Shown one piece after another: positions 48,249 to 56,562 of a stretch of 64,000 nt of DNA. The notes under the pieces were generated by a model. It was not told the DNA's origin. It ran no database searches and saw only the letters and a program-made list of their open reading frames with translations. Numbering within the stretch: the first letter of the stretch is position 1; each line of letters opens with the position of its first letter. The stretch comes from a virus. Where the stretch lies: the IMG/VR virus record IMGVR_UViG_3300046170_000524; one strand, given 5' to 3'. Position numbers and translations under genes: made by a program.

Positions 48249-48773
48249 ATGATAATAGATATTACAAGTCGAGAAGACATTGAAGAGCTAGGTAAAAAAT
48301 TATTTAAATTTTACCGACATTTAGACTTCTCAAAACCTGATGGGAGAAATGGAGAGGTTGATGAAAATATACCTAAAGATTCTTCTTATGAGGAATGTAA
48401 GAAAATAGCAGGTAATGTAGTTTCTGATGGTCTTCAAAAATGGGTAGATCGTTGCGAATTAGCTTTACTTGGTGGAGCGAAAATTTTTGGATTAAAGATT
48501 AACGGAAAGATTGTGGGTGGAATTTGCATTATCTTTGTAGAGTCAATGCTTGATGGAGTTCTTGAGTGTTCGGAATTGTTTTGGTATGTTGATGATGAAT
48601 ACAGAGGCAAAGGAATCTCATTGTTACTTCATGCCGAAAAATATGCAAAGCAAAATGGAGCAAAAAGGATGATAATGATGTATTTAATTAACTCTATGCC
48701 TGATAAACTTGAAAAGTTATATACAAGAATGGGATTTAGAGAATTAGAAAGGTCTTACATTAAAGAATTGTGA
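48249..48773 (+). CDS. GNAT-family N-acetyltransferase
   Basis: ELFWYVDDEYRGKGISLL..AEKYAK..GAKR...LEKLYTRMGF. Confidence 0.85.
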   Translation: MIIDITSREDIEELGKKLFKFYRHLDFSKPDGRNGEVDENIPKDSSYEECKKIAGNVVSDGLQKWVDRCELALLGGAKIFGLKINGKIVGGICIIFVESMLDGVLECSELFWYVDDEYRGKGISLLLHAEKYAKQNGAKRMIMMYLINSMPDKLEKLYTRMGFRELERSYIKEL

Positions 48774-49330
48774 TTTACTTCTTAGACAACTTTTTATCGC
48801 AAGAATTATTAGATGAGTTTTTGCAAGACAATTCCGAATTCTTTGAGTTTCCAACAGGAGATGAAAGTTTTTGGGTAAGATTAGCTTCGGATAAATTCAA
48901 TCAATATGTTATATCAGAAATTGAAAGAATAGAAAATAAAAAAGTAAAAAATATTCTTTCGTTTTTTAGAGAAGCCAAAGAAGGTCAGGATAATGATTGG
49001 AGAATTCATAATGACTCCATCATTCTCAATGAACAACCTGATAGAGCAATTGTTCTGTTTATGGAGTCAGAAGAATCTGAAGAATTAAATGGAACTGCAT
49101 TTTGGGAACATAAAAAATATGGAGATGTTTATACAAAAGATGGATTTGAGAATTTTGATGAGATATTAAAAACAGAATCAGAAAAAAGAGAAGCGTGGAC
49201 ATTAAAATCAGTAATAGGTTATAAGCAAAATAGATTATTATCATATCCTTGCAGATATTTTCATAGCAAATACCCAAAAGAATTCAAAGAACCAAGAAGA
49301 GTATTTGTAATGTTTTACAAAGTTAATTAA
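48770..49330 (+). CDS. 2OG-Fe(II) oxygenase
   Basis: RIHND (HxD), AIVLFM, GTAFW, NRLLSYP..YFHS, RRVFVMFY. Confidence 0.8.
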   Translation: MIYFLDNFLSQELLDEFLQDNSEFFEFPTGDESFWVRLASDKFNQYVISEIERIENKKVKNILSFFREAKEGQDNDWRIHNDSIILNEQPDRAIVLFMESEESEELNGTAFWEHKKYGDVYTKDGFENFDEILKTESEKREAWTLKSVIGYKQNRLLSYPCRYFHSKYPKEFKEPRRVFVMFYKVN

Positions 49331-49350
49331 AATAAAAAATAAATATTATT

Positions 49351-49533
49351 ATGGCAAAAAAAGCAACAACAAAATCGAATACCCCAAAAGAGCAAAGTGC
49401 AAAACTATATCAAATCTCGAAAAAAGTCTCGCACACAGGTGGATTACCTCTTGTTGAGTCTTTAACAAATAAAGGAATAATGGTAACACAAAAAGTTAGA
49501 GATGCACAAGAACGCAGAAGACAATCGCAGTAA
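49351..49533 (+). CDS. basic hypothetical protein
   Basis: ORF in operon. Confidence 0.45.
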   Translation: MAKKATTKSNTPKEQSAKLYQISKKVSHTGGLPLVESLTNKGIMVTQKVRDAQERRRQSQ

Positions 49534-49705
49534 TTTATTTTTGCAACTAACAGAGCGTTGGCAAGATGGTCAATATGCTCAAGTAGCTGAATACATTAGG
49601 CATGACATTGTTTTTTCAGATCGAGCTAATTTAATAGATTTTTGCGTATATTTATCTAATTATCTCGGCATGAAAGAATTGCGAGTATTACAAAAGTTAA
49701 TTTAA
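49502..49705 (+). CDS. hypothetical protein
   Basis: ORF in operon. Confidence 0.45.
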   Translation: MHKNAEDNRSNLFLQLTERWQDGQYAQVAEYIRHDIVFSDRANLIDFCVYLSNYLGMKELRVLQKLI

Positions 49706-49745
49706 ATGCTTGACAAGCAAAGCGAAAATTCCGTAAGATATTAGC

Positions 49746-50936
49746 ATGACAAAGAAATTGCAGACACTATACAAAATCGACACTAAAGGTAAATTGCGTG
49801 AATGGACTATGCACATTGATGGTGCTTCATTCTATGCAGTCAAAGGTCTTGTAGAAGGCAAGAAGACAACTGATAAGCCAACAACTACAATTGCCAAGAA
49901 TGTAGGGCGAGCAAACGCAACTACTCCACAAGAGCAAGCATTGTTGGAAGCTCAAGCTAAATTTCAAAAGAAATTAGATAGTGGATATGCTCTCAATGAG
50001 ATAGATGCACAGAAAAAAAAGTTCTACGAGCCTATGCTCGCACACAATTACAAAGATCGTCAAGATGAATTAGTGGGCAAGTATCCTGTTTTTTCCCAAC
50101 CAAAACTTGATGGTATTCGTTGTATTGTTCGTAAAGAAGGTGATACGCTCATAGGAAGGACTCGCAAGGGTAAGGAGATAGAGTGCATCCCTCACATTCT
50201 AAAAAGCTTAAATGGGTTCTTTCTCGCCTATCCAAATGCTATTCTTGATGGCGAGCTATACAATCACGATCTGCGAGATAACTTTAACAAGATTACATCA
50301 CTTGTTCGCAAGCAAAAACCAATCAAGTCAGATAAGATGACTGATAAAGCATTTGACAAGAAAGTCGCAGAATACAAAGAAAGATTATCTGAAGCGGAAA
50401 ATACAATACAATATCATGTATATGATGCACCAAGAATAAATGATACAATAAATGAAAAACAATCATTTGACTTTAGAATAGATGAATTAAAAGAACATCT
50501 AACACAAAACAAACAGATTATATTAGTCGAAACACTAGAAGTTTATTCAAAAGGAAATTTAAATAGTTTGTATGGTCAGTATCTTGAACAAGGATACGAA
50601 GGTCAGATGGTTAGAAAGTCATTATCAAGTTACGAAAACAAGCGTAGCACATCATTATTAAAAAGAAAAGAATTTGTAGATGCAGAATATAAAGTTGTGG
50701 ATATTGATGTAGGCAATGGTAATCGTAGCGGAACTGCAAAACATCTTGTATGTTATTGCGACAAGACCAAGCGTACATTCAATAGTAACATCAAAGGTTC
50801 ATTTGATTACCTCAAAGAAATCTATGATAATCGTAAAGAATATATTGGTCAGTTAGCAACCATTAAATACTTTCAGCTTACTCCTGATGGTATTCCTCGT
50901 TTTCCTTATGCAATCGCTTTTCGCAATTACGAATAA
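49746..50936 (+). CDS. lig: ATP-dependent DNA ligase
   Basis: SQPKLDGIRC (KxDG), LDGELY, YHVYD, YEGQMVR, KRSTSLLKRKEF, PRFP. Confidence 0.95.
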   Translation: MTKKLQTLYKIDTKGKLREWTMHIDGASFYAVKGLVEGKKTTDKPTTTIAKNVGRANATTPQEQALLEAQAKFQKKLDSGYALNEIDAQKKKFYEPMLAHNYKDRQDELVGKYPVFSQPKLDGIRCIVRKEGDTLIGRTRKGKEIECIPHILKSLNGFFLAYPNAILDGELYNHDLRDNFNKITSLVRKQKPIKSDKMTDKAFDKKVAEYKERLSEAENTIQYHVYDAPRINDTINEKQSFDFRIDELKEHLTQNKQIILVETLEVYSKGNLNSLYGQYLEQGYEGQMVRKSLSSYENKRSTSLLKRKEFVDAEYKVVDIDVGNGNRSGTAKHLVCYCDKTKRTFNSNIKGSFDYLKEIYDNRKEYIGQLATIKYFQLTPDGIPRFPYAIAFRNYE

Positions 50937-51543
50937 AACATAAGTAAACACATATTACTACTTATACAATATACATATATACATAATACATTACATATTA
51001 TACAATAAATACTATTGCTAAATATATTAAATTTAAAATAATATTAAAAAATATTGAATTATATAAGGGAATGATGGTGGAGGGAAGTGGGTCAAAGTGG
51101 GTCATTAGGGAGTACGCGACTTAAATATATAATTTTATTTGTATAATTAATTCTTGTAAACAAAAAGAAAAAGCCTAAACCAAAAAGAAAAAAACACTTA
51201 ATAATATAATATAATTTGTATAGTAAAAGTAAAAACAATAAAAAATAAAATAATGAAAATTTTAATTCAAATAATATTAAATACAAGGCGACAATTACAA
51301 AAAATATTTTATCAAATAAAACGCATATTAAGGTTAATTATACAAAATAAATCATCAAATAAAGCCGAGTTAGAAAAAGTCGGTCGAAATTCTCACGGAT
51401 TTCCAACTATTTTGAAATAATTCTAATCTAAGTCATTTATTTACAATAATTTACAATATAATTACATTTATTCTTGACAATTCTCAATTCTTGTATTATT
51501 GTATATAGTATAAATTATAATAAATAACAACCAAAAATTAAAT
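50937..51543. other. 600-bp AT-rich non-coding region with G-tract tandem repeat (candidate replication origin)
   Basis: No credible ORF; AAGTGGGTCA twice (51085-51104) within five GGG tracts (51067-51110); promoter TTGACA at 51474. Confidence 0.45.
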
Positions 51544-51744
51544 ATGGAAGATCAATTGCAAAAGATAAGTGGCGAAATATGTAATATATTCGCTAATAAG
51601 CTGACCTCACTAACAGAAAAACAAGCAGAGCATTTAAATTTATGCAATAATAGTATGAATTTTTATATACAATTAAAAGATAATGACAAAGCACTATGGA
51701 ATGCCCGCGAAACACTCAAATATTTAAAGGAGATAACCAAATAA
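51544..51744 (+). CDS. hypothetical protein
   Basis: Downstream of promoter at 51474. Confidence 0.5.
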   Translation: MEDQLQKISGEICNIFANKLTSLTEKQAEHLNLCNNSMNFYIQLKDNDKALWNARETLKYLKEITK

Positions 51745-51965
51745 TGGATGATTTAGATCCAAAATCCCAAGAGGTATTGCAGTTAAGCTACGAAATTGTG
51801 CAGTTAATCGAACAAAATGTTGACTCATTTAACGATGAAGAAACAGAAGAAGTAATAACCTCACATGAAACAATATCATTCTTTCTTGAGCAAGATAATG
51901 TTGAAAGAGCATTAGTTGAAGCACAGAATCTAAAAAAATATTTAATTAAATTAACACAAAAATAA
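51744..51965 (+). CDS. acidic hypothetical protein
   Basis: TAATG coupling. Confidence 0.55.
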   Translation: MDDLDPKSQEVLQLSYEIVQLIEQNVDSFNDEETEEVITSHETISFFLEQDNVERALVEAQNLKKYLIKLTQK

Positions 51966-51970
51966 TAATT

Positions 51971-52162
51971 ATGCATATAAGAAGAGAAATAGATAATTTG
52001 CTCGATGAAATGAGCGAAATAATAGTAAAAAATAAAAAATCAAATAAAGATAAAAGTCAATTACAAGAAATAAAAGATAAAATAAGCCGCAAAACCAACA
52101 ATGGTAAGTACGCAAAAGGAATGTGGACTGACTCACCTGAATTTAATTATATAAAAATATGA
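51971..52162 (+). CDS. hypothetical protein
   Basis: ORF in operon. Confidence 0.45.
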   Translation: MHIRREIDNLLDEMSEIIVKNKKSNKDKSQLQEIKDKISRKTNNGKYAKGMWTDSPEFNYIKI

Positions 52163-52356
52163 AGCAAATAAACTATCGAAAGCACGGCATCGGCAAGAAA
52201 AAGTTAGGCAAAGGTCTCCGAGGGTATAAGGGCGGAACAGGTATTCCAACAGGGGCATTTGGCGGAAAATCAAAATTTCTCAAAAAAAAGCTTGACTCTG
52301 AGTCGTAGTATGTCATAATAGAGTACATCAACCATTAATTGCGAAAGGAAAAAACT

Positions 52357-52578
52357 ATGAGTATTGCAAAAAACGCTAGAGCATCACAAGTCATGAGTGA
52401 CATTAAGAACGGCAAACACACACCTGTTAATCAACAAGGGAAGTTTGCGAATTACGGATCAGTTGCTGAAGATAGTATCTATTATTCTACTATGTTAGCA
52501 CAGAAAGCAGACGCAGAACGCTTGGCGAGAATCGAGCGTAGTAAAGCGAGACTAGGCAGAAGATCATTTTTTGCATGA
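52357..52578 (+). CDS. basic hypothetical protein
   Basis: Promoter TTGACT(52292)-16-CATAAT; leadered, with AAAGGA SD-like site. Confidence 0.6.
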   Translation: MSIAKNARASQVMSDIKNGKHTPVNQQGKFANYGSVAEDSIYYSTMLAQKADAERLARIERSKARLGRRSFFA

Positions 52579-52667
52579 TAAAAGATGCAATAATAAATAA
52601 TACTATACTTAATACAATAAATTATTAAATACAATAGTAATTTGCATGATAAAACAAGCTAAATAAT

Positions 52668-52910
52668 ATGATTGAATCACTATCTCCTAATGTATCAATG
52701 TTTGCGACAGAGCAAGAGCTTCGTAATGAGTTAACTGCAAAAGAATATGTTTATGTTAAACTCGCGAAGTTAGATGAGCATATTACTGATCTTCTTCACA
52801 TGACCGAAAAAACTAATGGAGAACTTAGTATGACTGCATCAAGCAAATACAATTACATCAAATCAATACAAGAAGACTTATTAAGAGTAAACAGAAATAA
52901 TTGCACATGA
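52668..52910 (+). CDS. hypothetical protein
   Basis: ORF. Confidence 0.5.
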   Translation: MIESLSPNVSMFATEQELRNELTAKEYVYVKLAKLDEHITDLLHMTEKTNGELSMTASSKYNYIKSIQEDLLRVNRNNCT

Positions 52911-53076
52911 AAATTAATATTTTTCAACAACCGCACGAATGGACTAACGAAGAGATCGAACACCTCTACGATACAAATTGGAACATCACATTAGAACAAT
53001 TATCTCTACTAACAAATAAAACAATAGAAGAATTAAAAAATTTATTATTACCTGATTAAAAAAATAAAAAAAACTC

Positions 53077-53105
53077 TTGACAAATAATCAAATATAGAGT
53101 ATAAT
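53077..53105 (+). promoter_or_regulatory. sigma70-type promoter for a non-coding transcript
   Basis: TTGACA-17-TATAAT with no start codon or credible ORF before the terminator at 53406. Confidence 0.85.
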
Positions 53106-53175
53106 AAGGGCATAACAAATTGAGAAACAAACTCAAATAAATCAAATAATCGATCTTTAACATTTTTTAGAATTT

Positions 53176-53385
53176 GGAAGTTCTCGACGGAGACTTCCTG
53201 TGGGTGACTGAATAAGCTCGTCGTGAGCGAGCTAAGGTACGCGATTCTCTGTGGTGGAGTGCTGATGGGCAAATGTCTGAAGCAGGACAATCACCAATGT
53301 CTAATCGTTGTAGGAAGTAGGTAAACACGAAACTGCTGTTCACGCCGAAAACTTGAGGGTATACAGGAATCCCTCCCCACTTCAA
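53176..53385 (+). ncRNA. unassigned multi-stem structured RNA
   Basis: GC-rich island between promoter plus boxA-like site and terminator; several nested helices (see findings). Confidence 0.7.
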
Positions 53386-53405
53386 TTTCTTAATCATATC
53401 CCTCC

Positions 53406-53445
53406 AACCCTATCCAAGTAACCCTACTTGGGTAGGGTTTTTTTT
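53406..53445 (+). terminator. intrinsic terminator
   Basis: AACCCTATCCAAGTA-ACCC-TACTTGGGTAGGGTT then T-run; 15-bp stem with one G-U. Confidence 0.9.
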
Positions 53446-53484
53446 GGGGTTGACAAAGCGATCGATATCATTCATACTAGTATC

Positions 53485-53739
53485 ATGAAGACAATTAAAG
53501 ACATTCTTGCTAACTACGGGTACATTAACCAAGCTCAACTCGCAGAGATTAACGAGCACTTTCCTCACATGAGGGTAGTAATTAAATGGGGCGGATTGCC
53601 TCGCGATCGGGTACCTGCTCATCAAGCGGTGAAACTCATTAACCATATTGAATCAAAAAACATCGACTACTGCAGAGAAGTATTTCTTTGTGGTAAAGAT
53701 TGCGATAATCTTCGCAAAGCATTTCACATTGCACAATAA
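53485..53739 (+). CDS. hypothetical protein
   Basis: TTGACA(53450)-17-CATACT, ATG 6 nt later. Confidence 0.6.
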   Translation: MKTIKDILANYGYINQAQLAEINEHFPHMRVVIKWGGLPRDRVPAHQAVKLINHIESKNIDYCREVFLCGKDCDNLRKAFHIAQ

Positions 53740-53757
53740 CCATAAACAAAAATTATT

Positions 53758-54336
53758 ATGATTAATCCAGCAGAAGTAACAAACTACAATAGAACACAAT
53801 ACGAATTAGAAGAATTTATTTTATTTTGTATTAATGTCGCAGGTAAAAAGTCTGCAATAGAAGCTCCTAAATTAGAAGTATTTATTGAAAGAGCAAAAAA
53901 CATTACAGAAGAAAGTACTCCATTTAATTGTATTAAAAAATTAATTAAGTTGGGTAGATTGAATGAGATTATGCATTGGGCTAAACTTAGTCCTTACGCC
54001 CAGAGATACAACTCCTATGTCGCTGTAGCTAAGATCAAAGACCTTCAGACCGTTACGCTTAATCGTTTACTTCAGATTCCGGGTATTGGTCTTAAAACCG
54101 CAAGGTTTTTCTTGTCGCATTCCAGAGAAGATTTCGACGAACCTATGTTGGACACACATATTCTACGGTTTCTTCGCGACCAAGGATACAGTGACGCCCC
54201 GAAAAGCACGCCAACTAATGAGAACACTTACTATTATTTCGCGAACATCTTCAAAAACATTGCTCGACAATTAGGTAAATCAGTTACTGATCTTGATCTT
54301 GAAATCTGGAAACAGTATTCTGGCACAGCTGCTTAA
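53758..54336 (+). CDS. HhH-GPD DNA glycosylase (Ogg-like)
   Basis: LQIPGIGLKTARFFL...MLDTHILRFL. Confidence 0.75.
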   Translation: MINPAEVTNYNRTQYELEEFILFCINVAGKKSAIEAPKLEVFIERAKNITEESTPFNCIKKLIKLGRLNEIMHWAKLSPYAQRYNSYVAVAKIKDLQTVTLNRLLQIPGIGLKTARFFLSHSREDFDEPMLDTHILRFLRDQGYSDAPKSTPTNENTYYYFANIFKNIARQLGKSVTDLDLEIWKQYSGTAA

Positions 54337-54540
54337 TGGAGTTAACAATACTACTAACCATTTCGTTTGTAATAGGCATGTTCAGAGGATATTTCGATGG
54401 GCGCGATGATTGATCCAAATATGAAAGACAAATACCCAAATACTAAATAATGAAAATTGCAATAGTAAATAAGACAAATAATAAACTAAATAATAAAAAA
54501 TTTGTGAAATTAGAATAAAAAGAATAAGTAATTAAAAAAA

Positions 54541-54609
54541 TTATTTTGTGCAGTCAGGCCCCCCCTTGAGAGGATAAGTCACAAACTTAGTTGAATATTA
54601 GCCTTGACT
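54541..54609 (+). repeat. GGGCCC module copy 1 (degenerate)
   Basis: GGCCCCCCC 54557-65, TAGTTGAA 54588-95, 7 nt, CTTGACT. Confidence 0.7.
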
Positions 54610-54637
54610 TTGTGCAAAAAAATGTCATACTAAAGCT

Positions 54638-55036
54638 ATGATTAAGACAAAGCCTCACGACAAAAAGTATGAGATTAATTTTAATCAACCTGTCTACGCT
54701 TACAAAAACCTTCACAAAGATTGTTGGAGTATTCGTCAAGATGGATTGGTTAAGGCTCACACAAAAGAACTTTCCATGCACAGTTGCGTGTTTAAAGTCA
54801 GTAAGCATGGAAGAGCAAGAGTGCTAAAAGAAAAACGCAAAAATGTTCATGCAGGTATTGAAGGTTACATTGAACCTTGGTTTGTTGGTAAATGGATTGA
54901 CTCGCATCCAACAGCAAGACCCGTTACTTACAATCCTTACAAGTACGAGAATTTTGTTGACAAGGACACAGAACAAATGGTAGACTATGCTATTGCCGTA
55001 AGACTAGAACCCAAACAAGTATTAGCAGTATTATGA
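54638..55036 (+). CDS. conserved phage hypothetical protein
   Basis: YKNLHKDCWSIR...FKVS..GRARVL.EKRKNVHAG; leaderless start. Confidence 0.65.
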   Translation: MIKTKPHDKKYEINFNQPVYAYKNLHKDCWSIRQDGLVKAHTKELSMHSCVFKVSKHGRARVLKEKRKNVHAGIEGYIEPWFVGKWIDSHPTARPVTYNPYKYENFVDKDTEQMVDYAIAVRLEPKQVLAVL

Positions 55037-55266
55037 CACAAGCAAAAATTAGAGAAGAAATTCTAAGCATAGTTCGAGGAGAACTTGCATGGGCAGATCC
55101 AATGTCCAAAGTATGCTTAGATCAGCACGAATTGCATCCAAAAAAGTTTCCGATTGGCTCAACTTTTCAATCAGCCGAAGAAGTCTTAGACGACATAATT
55201 CATGGCTTGACATCTTTACGAGATGAGATTAGAATAGAATCTTCATTTCAATCCGCACAACTCTAA
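55033..55266 (+). CDS. hypothetical protein
   Basis: ATGA overlap. Confidence 0.55.
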   Translation: MTQAKIREEILSIVRGELAWADPMSKVCLDQHELHPKKFPIGSTFQSAEEVLDDIIHGLTSLRDEIRIESSFQSAQL

Positions 55267-55279
55267 CAAAAGGTAAATT

Positions 55280-55687
55280 ATGGGATTAGATCAAGAAGCA
55301 TACTCACGAGGCAAAGACGAAGAAAGTTCTTTCTCTCATTATTGGCGAAAGCATAATCGTCTCCAAGGATGGATGGAAAACCTTTGGGAAGAAAAAGGTA
55401 GACCAAATTCTCGCACAGAAAATGATCCAATGGGAGACTTTAATTGTGTTGAGCTAGAATTAACAAGAGAAGACATTGATTTGCTAGAGGAAGCAGTAAA
55501 TGATTTTGCATTACCTGAAACACAAGGATTTTTCTTTGGAGATGATTCTTACTTCTACAAAGATGACAATGGAGAATCTCTTCCTGAGAACGATTACTAC
55601 CACAAAGAGCAAGATTTGCAATTCATCGAAGATGCAAAAAAAGCTCTTGACAAAGGTGAGAAAGTTTACTATTCTAGTTGGTATTGA
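55280..55687 (+). CDS. conserved phage hypothetical protein
   Basis: MGLDQ...YWRKHN.LQGWM...FNCV...GFFFG...YYSSWY. Confidence 0.7.
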   Translation: MGLDQEAYSRGKDEESSFSHYWRKHNRLQGWMENLWEEKGRPNSRTENDPMGDFNCVELELTREDIDLLEEAVNDFALPETQGFFFGDDSYFYKDDNGESLPENDYYHKEQDLQFIEDAKKALDKGEKVYYSSWY

Positions 55688-55689
55688 TT

Positions 55690-55890
55690 ATGGAAGAACT
55701 ACAAAACACAATTAACGATCTGCAAGCTAGACTAGCAATAGTTGGCGGAGGCAGGATCATTATTACTAGCGACCATGTTTCGATTCGTCTCGGAAGGGAA
55801 CATGAATACTTTGAGGTTCAAGAACAAAGTTCTTTTGACTCGCCAAACGAAGTCGATGTGGAAATGCACAAACAAATGTACAATTACTAA
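55690..55890 (+). CDS. hypothetical protein
   Basis: ORF in operon. Confidence 0.5.
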   Translation: MEELQNTINDLQARLAIVGGGRIIITSDHVSIRLGREHEYFEVQEQSSFDSPNEVDVEMHKQMYNY

Positions 55891-55891
55891 A

Positions 55892-56107
55892 ATGGAAAAC
55901 GAAAATTACATTAATGCGGTTTGCGAAGGCGAGCCATTAGAAACGCCATCCTACAATCAGGATTCAGAAACTTGGAGTTTATGGTTTGAGGAATCAGAAA
56001 CCCCTTACCATCCATATTTTCAAAAGGATTTAATCGAGGTTCATTTTGAATCTCAAGCGGAAGCAGAGAGTGCTTACAACCATTATTCACAAATTAACCA
56101 AGGTTAA
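55892..56107 (+). CDS. acidic hypothetical protein
   Basis: ORF in operon. Confidence 0.5.
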   Translation: MENENYINAVCEGEPLETPSYNQDSETWSLWFEESETPYHPYFQKDLIEVHFESQAEAESAYNHYSQINQG

Positions 56108-56269
56108 TCATGTCGAATTCAGCTCAATCATTGCAGAAGAAAGTTCGTGAAATAGGTTTTAATTTAGCTATGATCGAAAAGCGTGGGCTTCGGGGCAAGG
56201 ATCATCTTGCTCGCAGGCTTGCACACAATCTCTTGCTTAATCAGCTTTACGAGTTAGAGAAAAAGGTTT

Positions 56270-56316
56270 AGTAGGTTTGGGTTCGGTGGGTTAATCCTGC
56301 CGAACCCTTCTACTTT
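56270..56316 (+). terminator. hairpin, probable terminator
   Basis: AGTAG..GGGTTCGG-TGGG-TTAAT-CCTG-CCGAACCC..CTACT then TTT. Confidence 0.6.
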
Positions 56317-56397
56317 ATTGCACAATTTTACTCAGGCCCCCCGCAAAAGAATAAGTCAATTATTTAGTAGAATGTTTTTTGCATTTGGGGGTTGACA
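56314..56397 (+). repeat. GGGCCC module copy 2 (degenerate)
   Basis: TTATTGCACAATT, GGCCCCCC 56335-42, TAGTAGAA 56365-72, TTGACA 56392. Confidence 0.65.
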
Positions 56398-56562
56398 ATA
56401 CCGGATTTTCTGTCATACTAGTAAACATAAAGGCGATAATCACAAACAAAAAAAATTAGTCGAAACAAAAAAAACTTAATTGAAGAAAAAAAAGCTTGAC
56501 AGATTAGACCAAATTTAGTACAATTAACTCATCAAAGACAATAACTCACAAAGCTAAAAATT

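Noticed and set aside
53176-53385. 53-kb RNA as RNase P, SRP RNA or hammerhead ribozyme
   Set aside because: No GAGGAAAGUCC or ACAnAAnnCGGCUUA (RNase P) and no SRP helix-8 GGAA/AGCAG context; CTGATGG and CTGAAG are not followed by the stem II-GAAA arrangement of a hammerhead core.
53048-53646. Minus-strand ORFs 53048-53290, 53167-53397 and 53410-53646
   Set aside because: They are antisense to a promoter-terminator unit or to a real gene, have atypical composition and have no start signal; shadows of GC-rich sequence.
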